A DNA stretch of 63,799 nucleotides, the filler included, from Chiloscyllium plagiosum (Eukaryota): assembly GCF_004010195.1 (NCBI RefSeq). It is 3 parts of one record of this genome, joined end to end, with 100 filler letters (N's around TTAATTAATTAA, not from the genome) between each part and the next. Parts side by side here need not be neighbours in the genome. Positions count along the whole stretch, not along the records: positions 30,802 to 55,366 come from NC_057712.1; 2 more parts are not named here. One strand, 5' to 3'. The position numbers were made by a program, and so were the translations under genes. Positions 37,840 through 49,014 of this stretch are shown here, piece after piece (positions within the stretch are counted from its first letter, which is position 1; each line of letters begins with the position of its first letter). The notes beneath the pieces are model-generated. The model made no database searches, was not told the DNA's origin, and saw only the letters and a list, made by a program, of their open reading frames with translations.

Positions 37840-38910
37840 TTCCACACTTATGAAGAATAAGAGAATGATCAGAGAGAGGGTAGGGTTGACCAGGGATAGT
37901 GGAGGGAACTTGTGCCTGGAGCCTGAAGAGGAAGGGGAGGGCCTAAATGAGCTTTTTGCTTCAATATTCACTTGAGAGGGACCTTATTGATACTGAGAAC
38001 ACCGAGCACAAGGTGAATAGGCTTAAACAGACTGATATTAAGAAAGAAGATGTGCTGGAAATTCTGGGAAACTATGATACTTCCCGAGGGCCAGACCAGA
38101 TATATTCAAGGTTACTACGGGAAGCAAGGAATAAGATTGATGCACCTCTGGCGATGATCTTTGCATCCTCACTTTCCACGGGTGTAGTAGTGGATAATTG
38201 GAGGGAGGCGAATGTTGTTCCTCTGTTCAAGAAGGGGAATAGGGAAGTCCCTGGGAATTACAGACCAGTCAGTCTTACATCTATGGGAAGCAAGGTACTG
38301 GAAAGGATTCTGAGAGACAGGGTTTATGACTATTTGGAAAAACATAGTTTGATTAAAGATAGTCAGCATGGCTTTCTGAGGGGCAGGTCATGCATCACAA
38401 GCCTTATTGAGTACTTTGAGGATGTAACGAAACAAGTTGATGAATGTCAAGCAGTGGATGTGTTGTATATAGATTTCAGTAAGACATTTGATAAAATTCC
38501 TAATGGTAGGCTCATTCAGAAAATTAGAAGGTATGGGATGCATGGAAATTTGCTTGTCTGCATACAGAATTGGCTGGCTGAAAGAAGACAGCGAGTGGTA
38601 GTGGATGGAAAGTATTCTGCTTGGAGATCAGTGAACAATGTTATCCTACGGGGATTTGTTCTTGGGCCTCTACTCTTTGTAGTTTTCATAAATAACTTGG
38701 ATGAAGAAGTAAAGGCTGGGTATGTAATTTTGCTTATGACATAAAAATTGGTTGTGTTACAGATAGTGTTGAGGGCTGTTGCAGACTACAACAAAACATT
38801 GACAGGATGCATAGCTGGGCTGAGAAGTGGCAGATAGAGTTGAACCTGGATAAATGTGAAGTGATTCATTTTGGAAGGTCGAATTTGAATGCTGAATACA
38901 GGGTAAAAGG
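37840..38910 (+). mobile_element. CR1 LINE RT region
   Basis: 265-aa ORF: WREANVVPLFKKG..GNYRPVSLTS..SQHGFLRGRSC..DFSKTFDKIP..LGPLLFVVFINNL. Confidence 0.92.
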
Positions 38911-39043
38911 ATTTGACAAAGAATCAGTTAGACTCGAAACAGCAGCTCTTTTCTCTCCTTACAGATGCTGCCAGACCTACAGAGATTTTCCAGCATTTTC
39001 TCTTTTGGTTTCAGATTCCAGCATCCGCAGTAATTTGCCAGAG

Positions 39044-40543
39044 ATGTGATTGCTGGGTCTCTTGTCAAGATATTTGTATCATCGATAGTCACAGGTGAGG
39101 TGCCGGAAGACTGGAGGTTGGCAAACGTGGTGCCACTGTTTAAGAAAGGTGGTAAAGACAAGCCAGGGAACTATAGACTGGTGAGCCTGAAGTCGGTGGT
39201 GGGCAAGTTGTTGGAGGGAATCCTGAGGGACAGGATGTACATGTATTTGGAATGGCAAGGACTGATTCGGGATAGTCAACATAGCTTTGTGCATGGAAAA
39301 TCATGTCTCACCATCTTGATTGAGTTTTTTGAAGAAGTAACAAAGAAGATTGATGAGGGCAGAGCAGTAGATGTGATCTGTGTGGACTTCAGTAAGGCGT
39401 TCGACAAGGTTCCCCATGGGAGACTGATTAGCAAGGTTAGATCTCACGGAATACAGGGATACAGAACTGGCTCAAAGGTAGAAGACAGAGGGTGGTGGTG
39501 GAGGGTTGTTTTTCAGACTGGAGGCCTGTGACCAGTGGAGTGCCACAAGGATCGGTGATGGGTCCTCTACTTTTCGTCATTTATATAAATGATTTAGATG
39601 TGAGCTTAAGAGATATAGTTAGTAAGTTTGCAGATGACACCAAAATTGGAGGTGTAGTGGACAGCGAAGAGAGTTACCTCAGATAACAACAGAATCTTGA
39701 CCAGATGGGCCAATGGGCTGAGAAGTGGCAGATGGAATTTAATTCAGATAAATGCGAGGTACTGCATTTTGAGAAAGCAAATCTTAGCAGGACTTATACA
39801 CTTAATGGTAAGGTCCTAGGGAGTGTTGCTGAACAAAGAGACCTTGGAGTGCAGGTTCATTGCTCCTTGAAAGTGGAGTCACAGGTAGATAGAATAGTGA
39901 AGAAGGCGTTTGGTATGCTTTCCTTTATTGGTCAGAGTATTGAGTACAGGAGTTGGAAGGTCATGTTGCTGCTGTATAGGATATTGGTTCGGCCACTGTT
40001 GGAATATTGCTTGCAATTCTGGTCTCCTTCCTATTGGAAAGGTGTTGTGAAACTTGAAAGGGTTCAGAAAAGATTTACAAGGATGCTGCCAGGGTTGGAG
40101 GATTTGAGCTATAGGTCGAGACTGAACAGGCTGGGGCTGTTTTACCTAGAGCGTCAGAGGCTGAGGGGTGACCTTATAGAGGTTTACAAAATTATGTGGG
40201 ACATGGATAGGATAAATAGGCAAAGTCTTTTCCCTGGCGTGGCGGAGTCCAGAACTAAAGGGCATAGGTTTAGGGTGAGAGGGGAAAGATATAAAAGAGA
40301 CCTAAGAGGCAACTTTTTCATGCAGAGGGTGGTACTTGTATGGAATGAGCTGCCAGAGGATGTGGTGGAGGCTGGTACAATTGCAACATTTAAGAGGCAT
40401 TTGGATGGGTATATGAATAGGAAGGGTTTAGAGGGATTTGGGCCAGGTGCTGGCAGGTGGAACTAGATTGGGTTGGGATGTCTGGTCGGCATGGATAGGT
40501 TGGACCGAAGGGTCTGTTTCCATGCTGTACATCTCTAAGACTC
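39044..40543 (+). mobile_element. CR1 LINE (HER1-like), 5'-truncated, RT with few disruptions
   Basis: Consecutive ORFs: [40 protein letters not shown], 253-aa C-terminal ORF; 3' UTR related to the SINE tails. Confidence 0.95.
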
Positions 40544-40544
40544 A

Positions 40545-41432
40545 GGTTTAAAGTGAGGGGCAGGAGGTTTATGGGGGATTGAGGAAAAGCTTTTATTCAG
40601 AAGGTGGTGATGGTCTAGAATGCACTGCTGGGAGGATGGTAGTTGCAAATTGCCTCACATATTTAAAAGGTACCTAGACGAGAACTTAGCACTTCATAAT
40701 ATTCAAGGCTATGGACCAAGTGCTGGTAAATGGGATTAGGTTGAAGGTCACATGCTTCTCACATGTTGGTATGAAGATAAAAGCTAGCATTCAAGAATTT
40801 AGGAGGGCATACAATATATGTAGCAAGTATTTAGGAGGGCACACGATATATTGCTCGCCGTTTTAAACAGATCTGAGTACAGGATTAAAGATGTCTTGCA
40901 GCAGCTACACAGACCCTGGAATATTGGTTAGTGTCTTGATCTCCTTATCTAAGCAAGATATATCATACAGGAAGCTCATTGGATGTTCACCAGATTAATT
41001 TCTTGGATAGTAGGATTATCTCTTGAAACATATTCATGAAGATAGGCTCTTAATCCTCAGACATATGAAGAATGAGAGGTGATCTCATTGGAATTTACAA
41101 GGTTTGTCCGGACATAATGGGATGGATATAGATATGACGTTTCCACCTAGTTGGTGTATCTAGAATCACAGGGCACACCTCCAGAATAAGAGTTATTTAA
41201 AACAGAGCTAAGGAGGAATTTCTTCTTTTGGAGAGTGGTGAATCCTTGGAATTTTCCAGAGGGCTGCGGAAGGTCATCATTGAGTAAGTTCGAGGTTGAA
41301 ATTGACATGTTTCTGGAGGTTAGTAATATTAAGAGGTGTGAAGACAGTATGAAAAAAATGGCATTGAGATGTTATGTTTTAGAATGGCTGGGTAGGCTTG
41401 ATAATCTGAAAGGCCTACTTTTGTTCCTATGA
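40545..41432 (+). mobile_element. Old CR1 3' fragments
   Basis: AGAATGAGAGGTGATCTCATTG and AGGAGGAATTTCTTC..GTGGTGAATCCTTGGAAT remnants. Confidence 0.65.
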
Positions 41433-42736
41433 TCTTGTGAATTAGTTGAAGATGCACAATCCTTTATATGGACTACCGTGTAAAATTGCCAGCATATCTG
41501 AGAAGAACAGACCACAATGGTCATCACTGAATTCTCATCGCAGTCCTATTGCTGGTAGAGGAGTGGCCAGATCCGTAATCTGTAAAGCTCCTCATTTGAG
41601 TTGGTGATTTGTATCCAACTCCCCTCTGCCAGATTTGGGCCTCTCCTTCCTGTGGTTAGCAATCTTATCCAGCAAATGGACAAAGAGGATTCAATGTGAT
41701 GGCATTAGCGTTTTATGAGCATTCATGGCCATATCAGATCCTGAGCCCTCCACAGCAACTAATCACGGACACAGTTTCCAGGAAATATTAAAACAGTGAC
41801 AGAAAAAAATTAGCTGCCAGACATTCAGTACACATCTTTCACCTGATGCTGAGGTTTGCAGGTAATTGCCCTATGATACATCTGTGTAGTTAGAATGAGT
41901 GATACCCTTATGAACGTGAGTTTACAGGGAGAAGATGATGCTACTTAGACTTTCAGAGATTGTTTATCTTATACTTGCATTGGATCCAAGTATTTGTGCA
42001 AGCAACTGGAACTGATCTGTCATTCAGGTTTCTCCTGGACATACAATTCTAATAGAAAAGCCCCATGTTATCATCCCTGGGTTGAGGACCTTTCTTCTTT
42101 CCTGGAGCATAATCTACAGCAAGGTTTCATTAATCTTGAGGCCAGTGTTTGTGCTCTGAATGGGGATGACTAAAATAGGCTTCAGCGATGTTGCCGAGCT
42201 GTATTGAGTGAAGACCTATCCATATGGCCTTTAAAACCTCACCCAGTAGGGTGAGAACTTCCCGGCTGCCTGATCCATATGACGTTTTGTTCAACTTGCG
42301 CAACAATCTGCATGCATGTGTAATGAACTAAAAAGCAGTTGATCCTGTGAGGAAATGCACTCAAGACAATGCTGGAAGTGACAATTACTAACATACCTGA
42401 CACAATATTTAACTTCAAAATCTCAACCAGGATTATTGTCCCAAGTCCAAGGAAGAGTAATATTGGATATAAAACATTGTTATTTATTTCTCCACAGATA
42501 AACGTGCATATGATATGTTGTTTCCAGAAGTTTCTACTTTATTGTTATAAACCATTTTAAAATTTGCAACAATCCAATATATTCCTGATCTATTTTATGT
42601 GGTGCTAAACAACAAACATTTATGCCTGTCATAGTGTGAGTATGAACTCTCAAACTGAGGAGGATAGCAATTAGCATGCTCTACTTTTCCAGGAAAGCTA
42701 AGTTTCCAATGGCAGCATCTGTTTTCAGGCTATAAA

Positions 42737-43433
42737 GGAGAAAGTGAGGTCTGCAGACGCTGGAGATCAAAGCTGAAACTTTATTGCTGGAACAGCACAG
42801 CAGGTCAGGCAGCATCTAGGGAACAGAAGATTCGACGTTTCGGGCACATGCCCTTCTTCAGGAATGAGCAGAGAGNNNNNNNNNNNNNNNNNNNNNNNNN
42901 NNNNNNNNNNNNNNNNNNNNNNNNNNNNNNNNNNNNNNNNNNNNNNNNNNNNNNNNNNNNNNNNNNNNNNNNNNNNNNNNNNNNNNNNNNNNNNNNNNNN
43001 NNNNNNNNNNNNNNNNNNNNNNNNNNNNNNNNNNNNNNNNNNNNNNNNNNNNNNNNNNNNNNNNNNNNNNNNNNNNNNNNNNNNNNNNNNNNNNNNNNNN
43101 NNNNNNNNNNNNNNNNNNNNNNNNNNNNNNATAGTTAGGTCAGGATCACGGTGAAGCAGACTGGGATCACATTTAATTAGGTCAGGATCACAGTGAACCA
43201 GACTGGGATCACGGATAGTTAGTCTCCTCCGACCTATCACCCTCACCTTGACCTCTTTCCACCTATCACATTTCCAACGCCCCTCCTCCAAGTCCCTCCT
43301 CCCTACCTTTTATCTTCTCCTGCTGAACACTCTCTGCTCATTCCTGAAGAAGGGCATGTGCCCGAAACGTCGAATCTTCTGTTCCCTAGATGCTGCCTGA
43401 CCTGCTGTGCTGTTCCAGCAATAAAGTTTCAGC
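42737..43433. mobile_element. PLE fold-back element with head-to-head hammerheads (internal gap 42876-43130)
   Basis: Minus arm 42737-42875, plus arm about 43223-43433; 14-bp TSD TTTCAGGCTATAAA at 42723-42736 and 43434-43447; hammerheads at about 42830-42865 (-) and 43340-43375 (+). Confidence 0.9.
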
Positions 43434-43563
43434 TTTCAGGCTATAAAACCTTGCTGGAACAATTGCATAAACCTTAGCTCTGTTTCAGGAATGATTTGAT
43501 TCCTGGCTGTTACATATGTATAAATTAACTGTTATTTAACAATTTCACAATAAAATTACTTAC

Positions 43564-43683
43564 ATAGAAATAGTCAATGGGCTCATGAATGCGTGTGAAG
43601 AGCTGTCTCACCCATAATATCTTTCCAGCTACAGGAGGCATGTTTCTTGCAAGTGGTGGGTCCTCTTTATGAATTTGATAGTG
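43564..43683 (-). CDS. dnah8: Axonemal dynein heavy chain (DNAH8-like) coding exon
   Basis: Minus strand: cttctgtttccAG | [40 protein letters not shown] | GTAAGT. 120 bp, phase 0-0, in frame with the previous exon. [20 protein letters not shown] is the DNAH5/8 tail motif; NMPP and WVRQL favour DNAH8. Confidence 0.95.
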
Positions 43684-44297
43684 CTGGAAACAGAAGTAGG
43701 AACTAAATTAGCGAGAAAAACACTGGCTAATTCAGCAGAAAAGGATATGTTTTGCATATTGTATCAGTAAAGATCAAGTGCAAGAAGGTCAGCATAGTTG
43801 TTTTGTCAGATTTTTTTTTGTCAGATCTTCTACATTTTAAAAGAACAAAATTAAACTATGGAGAAGTTAACTTAATGCTGCCAGTTCGAAAGCTAATAGA
43901 ATTCTTACTCAAAGATGTAACAGAAAAATATCTAGGAGCTGAAAATACAATATAATCAGCATGGAATTCAAAAGTAGAAGGTGTACTTAATAATTCTTTT
44001 TGGATTCTTTAGATAAGCAATAGTCGACACGAGTAATCAAATAGATTAAATACAGTTGGATTTTAAAAGAGAACTAAACTTCTGCAGAACCTTAGATTAT
44101 GTTTACAAATCTTGCAAACAGCTCTGATTTGACAGGAAAAATAATAAAAACACTGACACTTCCTTAATGTACTTAGAGAATGTCGGGCATCACTGACTAA
44201 AACAGAATTTATTGCAAGTGAAAATTCCATGAAAAAGTGGTTATGAAAAGTTCTGAAATGTTGTAGTCCTCTTAATGCAGACAGATTCACAATTCTG

Positions 44298-45467
44298 AAA
44301 AATGTGTTGCTGGAAAAGCGCAGGTCAGGCAGCATCCAAGGGGCAGCAGAATCGACGTTTCGGGCATAAGCACTTCTTCAGGAATGAGGAAGGTGTGCCA
44401 AGCAAGCTAAGATAAAAGGTAGGGAGGAGGGACTTGAGGGAGGGGCATTGGGAATGCAATAGGTGGAAGGAGGTTAAGGTGAGGGTGATAGGCCGGAGAA
44501 GGGGTGGGGGCAGAGAGGTCAGGAAGAAGATTGCAGGTCAAGAAGGCGGTGCTGAGTCTGAGGGTTGGGNNNNNNNNNNNNNNNNNNNNNNNNNNNNNNN
44601 NNNNNNNNNNNNNNNNNNNNNNNNNNNNNNNNNNNNNNNNNNNNNNNNNNNNNNNNNNNNNNNNNNNNNNNNNNNNNNNNNNNNNNNNNNNNNNNNNNNN
44701 NNNNNNNNNNNNNNNNNNNNNNNNNNNNNNNNNNNNNNNNNNNNNNNNNNNNNNNNNNNNNNNNNNNNNNNNNNNNNNNNNNNNNNNNNNNNNNNNNNNN
44801 NNNNNNNNNNNNNNNNNNNNNNNNNNNNNNNNNNNNNNNNNNNNNNNNNNNNNNNNNNNNNNNNNNNNNNNNNNNNNNNNNNNNNNNNNNNNNNNNNNNN
44901 NNNNNNNNNNNNNNNNNNNNNNNNNNNNNNNNNNNNNNNNNNNNNNNNNNNNNNNNNNNNNNNNNNNNNNNNNNNNNNNNNNNNNNNNNNNNNNNNNNNN
45001 NNNNNNNNNNNNNNNNNNNNNNNNNNNNNNNNNNNNNNNNNNNNNNNNNNNNNNNNNNNNNNNNNNNNNNNNNNNNNNNNNNNNNNNNNNNNNNNNNNGG
45101 TCTTTGAAGAAGGAGGCCATCTGGGTTGTTCGGTATTGGAATTGGTCCTCCTGGGAGCAGATGCGGCGGAGGCGAAAGAATTGGGAATATGGGATGGCGT
45201 TTTTACAGGGGGCAGGGTGGGAGGAGGTGTAGTCTAGGTAGCTGTCGGTTTATGGTAAATGTATCGCATTCCCAACGCCCCTCCCCCCAAGTCCCTCCTC
45301 CCTACCTTTTATCTTACACCTTGGTACACCTTCCTCATTCCTGAAGAAGGGCTTATGTCCAAAATGCCGATTCTCCTGCTCCTTGGATGCTGCCTGACCT
45401 GCTGCGCTTTTCCAGCAACACAGTTTTCAGCTCTGATCTCCAGCATCTGCAGTTCTCACTTTCTCCT
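44298..45467. mobile_element. PLE insertion: long minus-strand arm plus inverted pLTR (gap 44570-45098)
   Basis: 15-bp TSD AGATTCACAATTCTG at 44283-44297 and 45468-45482; minus coding remnant IPYSQFFRLRRICSQED. Confidence 0.9.
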
Positions 45468-45977
45468 AGATTCACAATTCTGTCGGGTGAGAAACTCCAG
45501 GGTTTTGACTCAGTAATGGTGAAGGAATAGTAACATATTTCCAAGTCAGGATGGTGAGTGGATTTGAGAAGAACTTGCAGGTGATATTCCCATTTATTTG
45601 CTGCCTTGTCTACGTAGATGGTAGTGATGGACAGTTTGGAAGATGCGGCCTAAAGAGCCTTAGTGAAATTCTGCAATACATCTTGTGGATGGAACACACT
45701 GCAGACACTAAGTGACTATGCTGGAGGAGTGAATGTTTGAGGATATGATGCCAATCATGCAGGTTGCTTGATAGAAATATAGATAGAAATACAATCGAGG
45801 AGGAGCAGACCATTCGGCTCATTAAGCCTGCTCTGCCATCTAATATGTGAATGGCTGATCCCACATCTCAATGCTATATTCTTGTTTTCTCCCCATAGGC
45901 CTTGATGCCTTTAAAATCTAAAATATCATCTTTCACTTTCTTGAATATAGTAAGTGTCTTGTCCTGGATGGTGTCAA

Positions 45978-46142
45978 GGCCAAGAGTGTGATGCCGGAAA
46001 GGTACAGCTGGTCAGGCAGCATCCGAGGAGCAGGAGAATCGATGTTTTGGGCATAAGCCCTTCATCAGGAATGACCAGCTGTGCTTTTCCAGCACCACAC
46101 TCTCAACTCTGATCTCCAAAATCTGCAGACCTCACTTTCTCT
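45978..46142. mobile_element. Miniature PLE fold-back insertion
   Basis: 13-bp TSD TGGATGGTGTCAA at 45965-45977 and 46143-46155; decayed minus-strand hammerhead at about 46037-46072. Confidence 0.85.
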
Positions 46143-46235
46143 TGGATGGTGTCAAACTTCAGGATGTTGATAGTGGAGGATTCAGCGATGGCAATGCCAT
46201 TGAATGTCAAGGCATGATGGTTATATTCTCTCATA

Positions 46236-46520
46236 GATCACAGAATCCCTACATTGAGGAAAGAGGCCATTCAGCCCATCAAGTCTTCACCAATCCTTCA
46301 AAAAGCATACCACTGTATCCCCATTACCTTGCATTTACCATAGCTAATCTATATAACCATCACATCTTTGGACTATGGGAGGAAACAGAAGCACCCAGAA
46401 GAAATCCATGCAGACACAGGGAGAACATGCTAATTGCACACAGACAGACTCCAAGGCTGGAATCAAACTTGGGTTCCTGGCACTGACAAGTATCAGTGCT
46501 AACCACTGAGCCACCATACC
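46236..46520 (-). mobile_element. tRNA-derived SINE (V-SINE type), diverged
   Basis: Reverse complement GGTATGGTGGCTCAGTGGTTAGCACT and a V-domain remnant. Confidence 0.78.
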
Positions 46521-46654
46521 GCAGATAGTCATTGCCTTGCATTAATTGTGCAAATGTGACTTGCCACATGTCAGCCCAAGCCAGGTTGTCCGAGTCTTGC
46601 TACATTTGGGCTTGAACTGCTTCAGTATCTGAGGAGTCACAAATGGTTAAAGTA

Positions 46655-48750
46655 TTCTGAAGCCTTTCCCCATTTAGAAATAGTCCATGCCATTATTTTT
46701 CCTACCAAAGTGCACTACCTCACACTTTACCACATTGTATTCCATCTGCCACTTCTTTGCCCACTTGCCTTGTCTGTCCAAGTGATTTTGTCACATCCTG
46801 CACATTACCTGTCCCTTCCCTTATCTTTGTGCCATCTGCAAACCGAGCAACAACACTCTCAGTTCCTTTGTCGAGATCATTAATCTATAACGTGAATAGT
46901 TGTGGTCCCAACACTGACTCCACTGGTTAGCACTGCTGCCTCACAGCACCGGGGACCCGGGTTCAATTCCAGCCTTGGGCAACTGTCTGTGTGGAGTTTG
47001 CACATTCACCCTGCGTCTGTGATGCTCCAGTTTCCTCCCATAATCCAAAATGTGCAGGTTTTGTGAACTGGCCATGCTAAATTGCCCATAGTGTTCGGAG
47101 ATGTGCATTAGTCAGGGGTAAATGTAGAGTAGTAAGGGAATGGGTCTGGGTTGGTTACTCTTCGGAGGGTCGGTGTGGACTTGTTGGGCCAAATGGCCAG
47201 TTTCCACACTGTGAGAATTCTATGAACTCCATTAGTCATTGGTTAGCATTCTGAAAAAGACCCCTTTATGCCCAATCTCTGCCATTCAGCCAATCCTCTA
47301 TCCTTGCCAGTAGCTTACTCCTGACACCATGGGCTCTTATTTGATTTAGCAGCCGCCTGTGCAACATCTTGTCAAAAGCCTTCTGGACATCCAAATTTAT
47401 CATCCACACTGGCTCTCCTTTGTCTAACTTGCACATTACCTCCTCAAAGTATTCTAACAGATTTGATGGGAATGACATCTCATTGACAAAGCTGTGCTGA
47501 CCCCACCTTATTTTACCATGGACTTCAAAGTACTCCTCAAGCTCATGGTTAATAACTCTTTAAAATCTTACAAATGACCAAGGTTAGGCTAACTGGCCTG
47601 TAGATTTTTGTCTTCTGCCTCCCTCCCTTCTGAAAAAGTATGTTACAACAACCAATTGCCAGTCCTCTGGAATGCTCCCTGACTCTAGTGATTCCTGAAA
47701 ATCACCACTAATGTCTCTAAAATCTCCTCAATTGTCTGCTTCAGAACTCTGGAATATAGTCCATTTGGTCCAGGTGACTATTCTGCCCTCAAAGCCTTCA
47801 GCTTTCCAAGCAGCTTGTCCTTAGTGATGGCTACTACACTCACCCCTGCCCTCTGACTCTCTTGAAGTTCTGGTATGCTGCTGATGTCTTCCACTATGAA
47901 AACTAATGCAAAATACCTATTCAATTCCTCTGCTACTTCTTTGTTCCCCATTACTATTACTCCAGCTTCATCATCCAGTAATCCAATATCTATTCTTGCC
48001 TTTGTCTTACCTTTTAGATGTCTAAAACAACTCTTGCAATCTCCTTTTATATTACTAGCTAGCATACTCTCTTTTTCATCTTTTCCCCCCTTAAGCTTAA
48101 TCACATTGTGTGCTTTTCCTTTAGCTTTTATGCTGTCCCTGACTTTCCTTGTCAGCCATGGTTGCCTTAGTTTCTTCTTCCTTGGGGTGAATTTCTGCTG
48201 TGCCTCCTAAATTCCCCTGAAAAACTCCTGCCATTGCTACCCCACCGTCTTCCCTGCTAGGCTCCCCATCTAATCAATCCTGGGAATTTCCTCCTTCATA
48301 TCTTTTCAGTTACCATCATTCAATTGCAATAGGGTTATATCGGAATCAAGCTTCCCTCTCTTAAACTGCAGACTAAGTTCTATCATATTATGTTCGCTGT
48401 CTACAAGGAGTTTCTTCACCTTCAGTTCCCCAAACAAGTCTGCCTCATTACACATCACCAAATCCAGAATTGCTTGTTTCCTAGTGGGCTCTACTACGAT
48501 CTGCTCCAGAAAACCATCTCATAGATTCCACAAATTCCTTTTGTTGAGGTCTGATACAAACCCGTTTTCTCAGTTCACCAGGATATTGAAGTCTCCATGA
48601 TGATTGCAATGATGCCTTTTCTACGTTCTGATTTATTTTCTTCTCCACATCCTGAATATTGCTACCAGGCTTGTATACAATAAGCCTGTTAGCAGTAGTT
48701 GTATAATCCCATCAGGGTCTTTTTTTCCCTTTGTAGGTCCTCAAATCTAC
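46655..48750 (-). mobile_element. CR1 LINE, degenerate, with a nested SINE
   Basis: NLLEYFEEVM..LDVQKAFDKMLHRRL; LASNIKGDCKSCFRHL..EELNRYFALVF. Confidence 0.85.
46921..47222 (+). mobile_element. tRNA-derived SINE, HE1/V-SINE type
   Basis: TGGTTAGCACTGCTGCCTCACAGC..GGTTCAATTCC..TGTGTGGAGTTTGCAC. Confidence 0.85.
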
Positions 48751-49014
48751 CCACACAGAATTCTACTAGAACAAAACCGGAAGAACTACGGATGCTAGAA
48801 ATCTGAAACAATAACAGAAATTGGTGGAAGACCTCAGCAGGTCTGGCAGCATCAGTGGGGAAAAATCTCGTGATCCTTTCTCAGACCCTTTTTTGTCAGA
48901 CAGATTCCACATCTTTTGAATTTTCATGGAACTGAACCCATCTCTTCATATTTCATATACAGAGAGATGGTCATACCACATGCTAAAACTCCACAGTCAG
49001 GAAGGAAATGGCTG

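Noticed and set aside
37947..40466. Intact active reverse transcriptase gene
   Set aside because: Two separate 5'-truncated CR1 copies, each broken by frameshifts or stops and lacking the endonuclease.
42397..42480. Possible dynein exon ending at a CAG|GTATGT donor
   Set aside because: Translation (..IILVEILKLNIVS) only superficially resembles the expected YVLVEFEVV, and there is no convincing acceptor.
44407..45237. Long ORFs spanning N runs (also 6850-7653, 42767-43291, 49963-50607)
   Set aside because: Their length comes from translating N bases.
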